Assembly: GCA_011046415.1 (NCBI GenBank)
Contig: DSAP01000029.1
Span: 1 to 54,971, forward strand
Origin: a bacterium
GTDB lineage: Bacteria > Zhuqueibacterota > QNDG01 > JABMRT01
Length of the DNA stretch: 54,971 bases
Direction: 5' to 3'
Shown: positions 1 to 7,656 of the stretch, in pieces
Layout of the letters: the number at the start of each line of letters is the position of its first letter
How positions within the stretch are numbered: the stretch's first letter is position 1
Notes under the pieces: model-generated
The model's database searches: none
Told to the model about the DNA's origin: nothing
Seen by the model: only the letters and a program-made list of their open reading frames with translations
Program-made: the position numbers and the translations under genes

Positions 1-164
1 CCGTCGAACACCACGGTCAGGCGCGCCCGGTGCAACGCGGCATAGGAGGACAGCCTCAATATGAGCCGCTCCCGCGCACCTTCCAGGTCGTTCTTCATCC
101 CGCTCCGGATTTCCGGAATCCGGTGCATCAGATTATACCCGTCGATGAGAATATCCTTCTTCAA
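1..164 (-). CDS. YacP/Rae1-like NYN-domain ribonuclease, N-terminal part (gene runs off the window)
   Basis: Minus-strand translation from TTG 164..162 reads (M)KKDILIDGYNLMHRIPEIRSGMKNDLEGARERLILRLSSYAALHRARLTVVFDG. The ILxDGYN ... VVFD pattern is typical of YacP-type NYN proteins. An in-frame TGA lies two codons upstream (170..168). The fragment is too short for the ORF track. Confidence 0.6.
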   Translation of the reverse strand, partial: MKKDILIDGYNLMHRIPEIRSGMKNDLEGARERLILRLSSYAALHRARLTVVFD

Positions 165-195
165 CTTTCAACTTTCAACTTTCAACTTTCAACTT
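161..195 (-). repeat. Perfect heptanucleotide tandem repeat, (TCAACTT)5 on + / (AAGTTGA)5 on -
   Basis: Five exact head-to-tail copies counted directly in the sequence. The array spans the maf stop codon and the start codon of the NYN gene. Confidence 0.95.
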
Positions 196-780
196 CCTCC
201 CCCCCTCCTCTCCCACAAGCCCGCATAACCGTTCATGAAACCGGGAGACGGGAAATCCCACCACGTTGTAGTAACACCCGTCGATCCGGTCCACGAAAAC
301 GCCCGCCCCGCCCTGGATGCCGTACGCCCCCGCCTTGTCGAGCGGTTCGCCGGAATCCGCATAGCGCCGGATCTCCCAGTCCGCCAGGGCACGGAACGTG
401 ACGTCCGTGACGACGCAGTCTTTCACCGCCCGGCCGTCCGGATGCAGGATCGCGAATCCGGTGTAGACCTGATGCGTCGCGCCGGAAAGGTCCCGGAGCA
501 TGGCCGCCGCCTCATCCGGCCCGGCCGGTTTGCCGAGGATCCGGCCGTTGTGGAAGACGATCGTGTCCGCCCCCACGATCAGGGCATGGGGGAAGCCGGA
601 ACGCACCGCCTCCGCCTTCCGGACCGAAAGCGCGAGCACGTGCGGCTCGGGTTCGGGGATGCGGATATTTTCATCCACGGGACGGACATGGACCGAGAAC
701 CGGAATCCCATGCGGGACAGGATCTCCGCACGCCGCGGCGACCGTGAAGCCAGGATGATTTCATTCACAACAGCCGTCAA
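175..780 (-). CDS. maf: Maf-like nucleoside triphosphate pyrophosphatase (septum formation protein Maf)
   Basis: 201 aa ORF with ILASRSPRRAEIL, GADTIV, LSGxxHxVYTG and AGAYGIQG motifs characteristic of the Maf/YhdE family. The last 6 residues (KLKVES) are encoded by the heptamer array. Confidence 0.9.
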   Translation of the reverse strand: MTAVVNEIILASRSPRRAEILSRMGFRFSVHVRPVDENIRIPEPEPHVLALSVRKAEAVRSGFPHALIVGADTIVFHNGRILGKPAGPDEAAAMLRDLSGATHQVYTGFAILHPDGRAVKDCVVTDVTFRALADWEIRRYADSGEPLDKAGAYGIQGGAGVFVDRIDGCYYNVVGFPVSRFHERLCGLVGEEGGRKLKVES

Positions 781-877
781 TTCACAATCCCCGAAATAGA
801 TTTCCCGCCGAACACCGGAAAATCAATAAAAAACCCCATAAAAGAACCATTCAAGCGGCCTCCGCATCAGAACCGCT

Positions 878-912
878 TTATAACGTGCAACATGCAACGC
901 GTAACCCGCAAC
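878..912 (-). repeat. Degenerate heptamer array (minus strand: GTTGCGG GTTACGC GTTGCAT GTTGCAC GTTATAA)
   Basis: Five consecutive 7-nt units all start with GTT on the minus strand. The array lies about 67 nt downstream of the FISUMP gene stop and is followed by an AAGCGG/CCGCTT hairpin (853-878) and a T-rich run. Confidence 0.65.
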
Positions 913-978
913 TTTTGTTATTATTCCTCCCGTACACCACACGGAATGGACATCCCGGACGTTCGGAATGCCGGTCGA

Positions 979-1722
979 TCAAACCGTCGACCGCAGAACG
1001 AGCCTCACGGAAAACCCGTTTCGTTTGTTGGTGTAGCTCCGGATGACACCCGGATACTCATGCCGGTACCAAGCGCTCTGAGTCCCAAATGTCGAACCGG
1101 ACCAGAAATAGGCGTGGTTGCCCAGTTGGAAGTAGCCGCCACCGGAAATATTGCGGCACCCGCCCGGAAGCGCGGAAAAACCGCTTCTGCCGAACGCCGG
1201 ATCGCTCTTCAACGCTCCGGAATTCCATGATTCGGCATCGCCGGCGAGCTTGCTGCCTTCTTCGGTGCCGCGATAGCCGCCCTGATCCGCTTTTTCGCGG
1301 CTCATCCCGAGAACCATATCGAGCGCTTTCCAGTCTTCATCCGTCGGCACGCACCAGCCTTCGGGCGCGATGTTCCGGCTGTCATTCACCACATGCCGGT
1401 TGTATAAATATCCGCAGATCTCCGTGTTGCTTTCTTTTTTCTCATATACGCACCGGGCGCCGGTAGTCAGGCCTTCCCATTCTACGGGGTCCGTCACATT
1501 TGCGATCCCATCCCCGTTGCGGTATAGTGTTTCCCTTAAATTCTCGGCCAACCACCACCGGTCGCCGATTTTTACCGTCGTATACACGGTGCCGTCATTT
1601 CCCGTCATGATGCCTGCATCCGGCTCTCCAGGATCTTCCGGCCCGGCCGGGCTATTTTTGATGCAGTTGCAGTATATAAAGGCAACCATCAGCACACAAG
1701 CGTGAACGAAAAAACGCTTCAT
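979..1722 (-). CDS. Lipoprotein with Fibrobacter succinogenes major paralogous (FISUMP, TIGR02145-like) domain
   Basis: 247 aa with a signal/lipobox-like N-terminus (MKRFFVHACVLMVAFIYC). It carries the WWLAENL, GYLYN, APEGWxVPTDEDW, GFSALPGG and YFWS motifs typical of the FISUMP domain. Confidence 0.8.
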   Translation of the reverse strand: MKRFFVHACVLMVAFIYCNCIKNSPAGPEDPGEPDAGIMTGNDGTVYTTVKIGDRWWLAENLRETLYRNGDGIANVTDPVEWEGLTTGARCVYEKKESNTEICGYLYNRHVVNDSRNIAPEGWCVPTDEDWKALDMVLGMSREKADQGGYRGTEEGSKLAGDAESWNSGALKSDPAFGRSGFSALPGGCRNISGGGYFQLGNHAYFWSGSTFGTQSAWYRHEYPGVIRSYTNKRNGFSVRLVLRSTV

Positions 1723-1916
1723 GATTCACCCGTGTTACTGTTTCCTTCCGGTTTATGGGTATAACTTGTTGCTTTCCATAAGTATCTGATCACGTTACTG
1801 ATCACAGGCAACTGTCAATGCGTCCATTGCATTACTGTGTGACGACAACCAACAATGGAACAAAGCTTGCTCCTAAACGAGAACTGCCTTGAATCGGGAC
1901 TTTGGCACTACAGCCC

Positions 1917-2849
1917 CTACTCCTCACGATGCTCCTTGTCATGGCAGACGGTGCATAATGCCTTCAGGTTCTCTTTCACGTTGGTACCGCCATTTACGTG
2001 ATGTGTGATGTGGTGCAACTCTAAGTGCCGAGGATCGGATGGGTTCCATTCGTCGTGAGACCAGCCGCAAGACTCACACTTGTACCCATAACGTCTCAGC
2101 ACCTCTCGACGAAAATCGTCGGGAATGCTTCGATCATGTTTCGGGCTTTGCCGGTCGGACTGCAACATGTAGACTCCGACGCCCAAGTCCGGGCGTCCGG
2201 TGGTCTTTGTTGCGATAGGCCAACCATGCTCCGTACGCAATTCGCGTACGCGCCGTGCCCACTCCGTCTTATCTCCTGCGACATAACGCAATTCCTCGTT
2301 CGTCACACCACGCCCGACGTTCGCCCGAAGATACTTCAGAATTTTATCGCGCACCGATCCGCGTTCCTTGCGAATCGTGTTCGCAACGTTCCAGCGATGC
2401 GTTGCGTCGCGATCTTCCTCGGCACTCAGAAGAACGTACTCGTTCGGTCTCATAGACATGAGTTGGTCGGGCAATTCTTCAACTTCACACATCTCCTTGA
2501 TCGTGACCCCGCTCAAGATCGACCAGCCGAACTGGACACGCAATTCTCGCAAACGCCGTGCATATTCTTGAATTCCCGAGACAACGAGCAACTCGTCGCC
2601 GTTGATGATCGTACCGGGATATTGCCGGAAGTAGTATAAAATCCTGTCTCTTGCGGCCGAAGCATACTGCGCGGGAATCAGGGCTTTACCTAGGTCGCGC
2701 AGCCCCTGGAAGATAGGAACTAGGGCGAGCACCTTCGGCCGAAGCTCGCCAGATCGAAGCTCTACTTCGAAGTTCATGATCATATTCGCGACCATCTGCC
2801 GTACGGCTTCCGGGTAGGTCGGTTTTGCCTTCAGTCGTTCACCCTCCAT
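1917..2849 (-). CDS. HNH endonuclease, probable restriction component of the adjacent Dcm/Vsr module
   Basis: 310 aa. The C-terminus CESCGWSHDEW...HLELHHITHHVNGGTNVKENLKALCTVCHDKEH is an HNH/beta-beta-alpha-Me motif with a CxxC...CxxC zinc site. It overlaps vsr by 11 nt in the same orientation. Confidence 0.75.
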   Translation of the reverse strand: MEGERLKAKPTYPEAVRQMVANMIMNFEVELRSGELRPKVLALVPIFQGLRDLGKALIPAQYASAARDRILYYFRQYPGTIINGDELLVVSGIQEYARRLRELRVQFGWSILSGVTIKEMCEVEELPDQLMSMRPNEYVLLSAEEDRDATHRWNVANTIRKERGSVRDKILKYLRANVGRGVTNEELRYVAGDKTEWARRVRELRTEHGWPIATKTTGRPDLGVGVYMLQSDRQSPKHDRSIPDDFRREVLRRYGYKCESCGWSHDEWNPSDPRHLELHHITHHVNGGTNVKENLKALCTVCHDKEHREE

Positions 2850-3252
2850 ACAGGAACCTTTCGAGCTTCCCTAAAAGTATCTCCGGCCTGCGGGTTTCGC
2901 ACTGCCACACAATAAGCACTTTCCAACCCATCCGCCGCAGTTCCCTTAGGAAACGTTTATCTCTCTCAATGTTCTCATCGAGTTTCTTGTTCCAGAAGTC
3001 TATGTTCGTCGTCGGTCGCCCTGACCTTTGGCACCGCTTATGCCCGTGCCAAAAGCAACCATGCACGAAAATTATCTTTTTTTGCCGAGGCAACACAATA
3101 TCCGGGTTCCCCGGCAGACCGCGGTAGTGAACACGGAAGCGAAATCCCATCCGATGAACGAATGAACGAACTAGTTTCTCCGGTTCGGTGTTGCGTCCTT
3201 TGACGCGACTCATTATCCAGCTTCGCTTCTCCTTGGAGAACACATCAGTCAT
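2839..3252 (-). CDS. vsr: Very short patch repair endonuclease (Vsr)
   Basis: 137 aa with RSWIMSRVKGRNTEPE, FRFRVH, LPGNPDIVLP and VHGCFWHGH motifs, the canonical Vsr signature. It lies 1 nt downstream of the C5-methyltransferase gene. Confidence 0.9.
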   Translation of the reverse strand: MTDVFSKEKRSWIMSRVKGRNTEPEKLVRSFVHRMGFRFRVHYRGLPGNPDIVLPRQKKIIFVHGCFWHGHKRCQRSGRPTTNIDFWNKKLDENIERDKRFLRELRRMGWKVLIVWQCETRRPEILLGKLERFLYGG

Positions 3253-3253
3253 A

Positions 3254-4471
3254 TCAACGGTCTTTCATCTCCAGGAGCAAATACACCACGTCGGCCACGC
3301 GTGCCGCCAAGATAGGCGGCACGGCGTTACCAATCTGCCGAGCAATATCGATCTTCGATCCCGTGAAAACAAACTCATCCGGAAAGGACTGCAATCGCGC
3401 CGCTTCGCGGTGTGTTATGGGTCGGTGTTGCTTCGGATGAAGGTATCGCCCCTTCTCCGGCTTGAAGAACTCCGTTCGAATCGTGAAAGCGGGACGATCC
3501 CACCACAACCGGCCGAATAGATCCGTCCCGCCGCTCTTCTTGCGAATCCAACAGCCCGGTGTTAGTTCATGCGCACGTTTTTGAAGATCGAAGCGGTTCA
3601 TGCCTTCTTCGGGAATCGCCTTGTATCGAGCCAAGCTCTTCGGTGTAGGCGAACGTCCGAAGTGGAGATCAAGTGGTGGGTTTACATCGCGGATCTCCGT
3701 TCCCTCCGGTTGCGGAAGATCCGCGATCGCATCGCGCACCGTGCACCACTGTGCGGTAACAGGCAGATACCCGTTATCGTCCTCTTCATGAAAGGAAATC
3801 TGTACGCCGCCCTTGCGCGGGTCGAAGTGCGTCTTTCTCGGAGGAAACACCATGGAGGGATCGAAAAACTTGCATCCGATTATGAACGCACGGCGGCGTG
3901 TCTGTGGTACGCCGTAGTCTGCCGCGCAGAGAATTTCACCCCAGCACTTAAAGCCCATCTTTTCCACCGTACCCATAAGCTCGCCGTGCTCGAAAGAGCC
4001 AAGGAGTTGGGGTACGTTCTCCATGACGAACACTTGTGCCCCGGAGCGTTCGACAATATCGAGAAACGGACGCCAGAGCTGTTTTCGCGGATCGCCTTCG
4101 CGATTCTTGTTCAGAAGACTGAAACCTTGGCACGGAGGTCCGCCTATAACGACATCGGCAGGGGGGATCTGGGTTTCCGGATCGTTGAGAATGTCTACGA
4201 TGTCGCCCTGCACACAGTGGTCTCCAAAATTCTTACGATACGTACGTACGCAAGTATCGTCAAAATCGTTGGCCCATACGGAATCGAACGCATGTCCACA
4301 GATCTTTGAGAACCCGAGAGTCATTCCCCCGGCCCCTGAAAACACATCGATTAGTCGATACCGCTTGCGCTTTCGACCGAGAACACCCTCGATCCTAGCC
4401 TTGTAGACCTTCTGCTCTTCTCGGACAAGCCAATACGGATTTTTTTTGATCTCATTTACCAATTTGCGCAT
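3254..4471 (-). CDS. dcm: DNA (cytosine-5)-methyltransferase
   Basis: 405 aa with motif I FSGAGGMTLGF, motif IV GGPPCQGFS, motif VI ENV, motif VIII QTRRR and motif X GNAVPP. Confidence 0.93.
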   Translation of the reverse strand: MRKLVNEIKKNPYWLVREEQKVYKARIEGVLGRKRKRYRLIDVFSGAGGMTLGFSKICGHAFDSVWANDFDDTCVRTYRKNFGDHCVQGDIVDILNDPETQIPPADVVIGGPPCQGFSLLNKNREGDPRKQLWRPFLDIVERSGAQVFVMENVPQLLGSFEHGELMGTVEKMGFKCWGEILCAADYGVPQTRRRAFIIGCKFFDPSMVFPPRKTHFDPRKGGVQISFHEEDDNGYLPVTAQWCTVRDAIADLPQPEGTEIRDVNPPLDLHFGRSPTPKSLARYKAIPEEGMNRFDLQKRAHELTPGCWIRKKSGGTDLFGRLWWDRPAFTIRTEFFKPEKGRYLHPKQHRPITHREAARLQSFPDEFVFTGSKIDIARQIGNAVPPILAARVADVVYLLLEMKDR

Positions 4472-4625
4472 TTTGTCTTTCAGTCTTCTTTTATCAGGAT
4501 TATTAGACTTTGGTATCTAATCATCCAACCCAGCCTTCCCGGTCGAGTTCAACCACACGCTGCAATCGGACTCTCGCTTACGCTCTGGTCCGTTGCAGCT
4601 CAATTCCTTAAACCATACTTATTAC

Positions 4626-5390
4626 TCACGTAATAATCAGTTTACTGCTCTTATAAAATTGCCGGACAAAATCGTCAAACTTATTTGGCACTAAATAAGT
4701 TGATATACCCGGATCACTATTTCCCAACAAATCTTGATTTATAAGAAAGAATAATATTGATATTCGCAAAAAATACTCAAGTCTGCGCCACAAATCATAC
4801 ATATCCCTTGAATTAAAACCGGGATCCCTCGCCGAGAAGTCATTAAGTTCTTGTGAAGAAAAAAGATGTTCTCCGTGAACAATTTTTGATCGTAGCTTAT
4901 AACAGTGTTTAATAAATTTGAATACGTTTTCGAAGTTATTATCTATTGAAAGGTGACCGCCGACTACCGAGGAAATCTTGTGGGACAATCTGTATACAAG
5001 TTCACCAGTGTCTACTCCTTTCAAATATAAAGATTCAAGTGCTGTAATAATATTTAAAAACTTATTAATAAACAATGGAAAGTGAAAAGAATGTCGATGG
5101 AAGAGCATTGCTCGTCGGATAGCTGGATTTATAAGATTTGGCACCTCTGGCCACAATGCAAAATATTTCCTAAAGTTAATAATCTCCCGGTTAGCAAAAC
5201 TGAAAGAATCAGCAATGAAATCAGGCATGTTCCACATTAAATAGTAATTGGGCTTAACAAACATTCTTTTAGGGTGTTCATTACTTGACATTTCCCACCC
5301 AAAAAAATCAAGTCGAATTCGTCTAGCGTTTATTGACATTTTTTTAAGTATAATTTTTATATCAGTGTTAATATTAGGCATTGACATCAT
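4626..5390 (-). CDS. Hypothetical protein with HEPN-like Rx4H motif (candidate Apea/MAE_28990-type HEPN nuclease)
   Basis: 254 aa ORF in a strongly AT-rich segment. It carries ITALESLYLKG...LVYRLSHKIS helices followed by CYKLRSKIVHGEH (R-x4-H followed by G). There are no transmembrane or signal features. Confidence 0.6.
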   Translation of the reverse strand: MMSMPNINTDIKIILKKMSINARRIRLDFFGWEMSSNEHPKRMFVKPNYYLMWNMPDFIADSFSFANREIINFRKYFALWPEVPNLINPAIRRAMLFHRHSFHFPLFINKFLNIITALESLYLKGVDTGELVYRLSHKISSVVGGHLSIDNNFENVFKFIKHCYKLRSKIVHGEHLFSSQELNDFSARDPGFNSRDMYDLWRRLEYFLRISILFFLINQDLLGNSDPGISTYLVPNKFDDFVRQFYKSSKLIIT

Positions 5391-5502
5391 CCATTATTTT
5401 GGTACAACATTTACTTTCACCCCAACCATAACGCCGATCACTGAAAATGGATAAAAACCAGCAAATACAGGCAATCCGGCCCCCTCCGCCGGACAATCCG
5501 GA

Positions 5503-5949
5503 TCACAGATTCTCCGTGTCCAGAATCACCGTCACCGGCCCATCATTATAAATTTCCACTTGCATCATCGCGGCGAACTTCCCGGTTTCGGTAGGGATGC
5601 CTTTCTCCCGAAGACATCGGACGAACCGTTCATACAGCGGCTCTGCAATCTCCGGCCGCGCGGCCTTCGTGAAATCCGGTCGCCGACCCCGGCGGCAGTC
5701 TCCGTACAGCGTGAACTGGGAGACCACGAGCGCCTCGCCCCGGACGTCGATCAGGGACCGGTCGAACCGGCCCGCCTCGTTCTCGAATATCCGCAGGTGA
5801 ACGATCTTGTCCGCCAGCCGCAGGACCTCCGCCTCCGTGTCGCCGGACGCGACGCCGAGCAGCACCACGATCCCCTTTTCGATCCGGCCCGTGATCTCTC
5901 CTTCGACCGTCACCGAGGCCCGGCTCACCCGCTGAATCACCGCCCGCAT
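5503..5949 (-). CDS. dtd: D-aminoacyl-tRNA deacylase
   Basis: 148 aa, [15 protein letters not shown]...SQFTLYGD...GRRPDF...[18 protein letters not shown], which matches the full-length Dtd pattern. Confidence 0.93.
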   Translation of the reverse strand: MRAVIQRVSRASVTVEGEITGRIEKGIVVLLGVASGDTEAEVLRLADKIVHLRIFENEAGRFDRSLIDVRGEALVVSQFTLYGDCRRGRRPDFTKAARPEIAEPLYERFVRCLREKGIPTETGKFAAMMQVEIYNDGPVTVILDTENL

Positions 5950-5950
5950 G

Positions 5951-6784
5951 TCACCTCACGTATACCGCGACCAATCCCACGAACATATTCAATTTCATCA
6001 GAAACGCGAGCCGTCCCAGATTCTTCGTTTCCCGGTTCCGCCACATGGAGAACAGGACATACACGAGGAACCCGTCCACGCCGATCAGGACGACCAGGAA
6101 ATACCGGATCGAAAACAGGCCGGACAGATACGGCCAGGACGTCGCCAGGATCAACAGCCCGATCACCCCGGACGCGACGGCCAGGGCTGTCGGGATTCCG
6201 TACCGGATCGGCAGCGTGACCACGCCGTCCTTCCGGTCTCCTTCCACATCCTCGGCGTCCTTGATGATTTCCCGGGCGAGATGATACAGGAACGAAAACA
6301 CCCCCACGATCAGCGCCTCGCGCGTGCGTCCGACCGCCAGGCCGCCGTACACGAACGCCAGGCCCGTGATGAAGGCGACCGTGAGATTGCCCCAGAGCAC
6401 CGTCCTCTTGAGCCGCCGGCTGTAGGCGTAAAGCGCAACGGAGGACAACAGGGCGATCGTAAAACCGGGCAGATGGATGAACAGGCTGACCGCGATGCCG
6501 GACAGGAAAAGCAACAACGCGAATCCATACGCCCGGCGCGGACCGACCAGCCCCGCAGGCAATGGACGTTTGGGTTTGTTGACGCGGTCGATTTCGAGGT
6601 CGAAATAGTCGTTGATGGCGTTCGCCCCGCCCGTGATCAGCGTACCCGAGAGACAGGCGAGCAGCAATTTGGACAACGGCTGAATCGTGCCCGTGATGAA
6701 ACCGCCGATAAAAATGGACAGGAACGCGATCAGGCTGTTGATCGGCCGCGTCAGGAAAAAATAACCTGTTATTCGATTGGGCAT
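5951..6784 (-). CDS. UbiA-family prenyltransferase, DGGGP-synthase-like
   Basis: A multi-TM protein starting at [17 protein letters not shown], which is Met63 of the 339 aa track ORF. The upstream 62 aa look non-coding. It has the first Asp-rich motif [24 protein letters not shown] and a second motif, KDAEDVEGD. Confidence 0.8.
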   Translation of the reverse strand: MPNRITGYFFLTRPINSLIAFLSIFIGGFITGTIQPLSKLLLACLSGTLITGGANAINDYFDLEIDRVNKPKRPLPAGLVGPRRAYGFALLLFLSGIAVSLFIHLPGFTIALLSSVALYAYSRRLKRTVLWGNLTVAFITGLAFVYGGLAVGRTREALIVGVFSFLYHLAREIIKDAEDVEGDRKDGVVTLPIRYGIPTALAVASGVIGLLILATSWPYLSGLFSIRYFLVVLIGVDGFLVYVLFSMWRNRETKNLGRLAFLMKLNMFVGLVAVYVR

Positions 6785-6955
6785 GAGACAATATAAAAAA
6801 TGATCCGCCAAATTGCAATCGGAGTTCCCCGCTTCGGTGCAACATCCTTGCCGTTTGTCAGCAGACCAAAAAACAGATCGCCACAGGGCTGTGCCCCGAT
6901 GGATTCGGACGCCGGGGCAGAAACCCCGGCGACATCCGTTATCCGGAAAAATATC

Positions 6956-6999
6956 TTGATATTTCCACAAAACCTTTTTATTTTATTGTACAATTGTAC
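6956..6999 (+). promoter_or_regulatory. Putative promoter (TTGATA-17-TATTTT) and 12-bp perfect palindrome operator GTACAATTGTAC upstream of the TA pair
   Basis: TTGATA at 6956-6961, a 17-nt spacer and TATTTT at 6979-6984. The palindrome sits at 6988-6999, 21 nt before the PIN start codon. Confidence 0.4.
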
Positions 7000-7019
7000 T
7001 ACAGACAGGGCCATACAAC

Positions 7020-7412
7020 ATGAAGATGGTTATTGATACATCCGCGATCATTTCCGTGATTACAAATGAAGCGCACAAGGATGCCCTGATTGATATAACA
7101 AAAAACGCATTCCTGATTACCCCAGAGTCGATGCATGCCGAAATCGGCAATGCTTTCTCGGCCATGTTGAGAAGGAAAAGGATTTCCATTGACATGGCGT
7201 TGAAGGCGATCCGTTCGTATGAAAAGATCCCCATTCAATTCGACTCTATCGATCTTGAGAATTCCCTGCGTATCGCCGGGCAATTGAATATCTATGCATA
7301 CGATGCCTATTTCATCGATTGCGCGGAGAGAAATCGATCTCCGCTTTTGTCCATTGATGAAGGGTTGATTGGCGCGGCAAAAGAATACGGCCTTCAAATC
7401 ATTGAGGTGTAA
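7020..7412 (+). CDS. vapC: PIN-domain toxin (VapC-like)
   Basis: 130 aa. VIDTSAII (Asp6), an E around position 41, YAYDAYFIDCA and LLSIDEGL give the conserved acidic quartet spacing of PIN domains. Confidence 0.85.
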   Translation: MKMVIDTSAIISVITNEAHKDALIDITKNAFLITPESMHAEIGNAFSAMLRRKRISIDMALKAIRSYEKIPIQFDSIDLENSLRIAGQLNIYAYDAYFIDCAERNRSPLLSIDEGLIGAAKEYGLQIIEV

Positions 7413-7413
7413 A

Positions 7414-7632
7414 ATGACCACCTATACCTATTCAAAAGCGAGGCAGAATTTTTCGAATATTCTGGAAATGGCGCAAAAAAAAGGAGAAATCTTCATCAGG
7501 CGCAAGGACGGTTCGCTTTTCGTTCTCAAACCATACTGCAAATCAGGTTCTCCCCTCGATGTGCCCGGTGTGGATATTTCCATCACCCGGGAGGAAATAA
7601 CCGGGTATCTGAAAGAAGCAAGAGAACGTTGA
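7414..7632 (+). CDS. Phd/YefM-type antitoxin
   Basis: 72 aa starting at ATG 7414, one nt after the vapC stop. MTTYTYSKARQNFSNILEMAQKKGEIFIRRKDGSLFVLKP is the typical Phd/YefM N-terminal fold. The track ORF start at 7369 overlaps vapC and is less likely. Confidence 0.75.
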   Translation: MTTYTYSKARQNFSNILEMAQKKGEIFIRRKDGSLFVLKPYCKSGSPLDVPGVDISITREEITGYLKEARER

Positions 7633-7656
7633 CGTTTTCAGAAGGACCTTTCCTGA

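Noticed and set aside
161-195. The heptamer array as an on/off phase-variation switch for maf.
   Set aside because: Any copy number still yields a TGA within 21 nt in every frame, and the downstream TTG start lies in the last unit. Slippage would change only the extreme Maf C-terminus.
30-401. Plus-strand ORFs 30-401, 235-747 and 500-799 across maf.
   Set aside because: They are antisense to maf, which has clear family motifs, and their composition is Pro/Arg-rich.
1723-1916. Island boundary signals (tRNA fragment, att-like direct repeats, integrase) at 1723-1916, 4472-4625 and 5391-5502.
   Set aside because: Only short trivial repeats (CTGATCAC x2) and a 12-bp interrupted hairpin at about 4559-4600 were seen. 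There is no tRNA-like T-arm or acceptor and no recombinase gene.
5951-6970. N-terminal extensions in track ORFs: 5951-6970, 8883-10061, 23423-25123, 24991-26421, 28911-30227, 30140-30619, 15761-17119, 11036-14572.
   Set aside because: The family-typical N-terminus or signal peptide begins at an internal Met. The upstream parts overlap other genes or look non-coding. Trimmed starts are reported instead.
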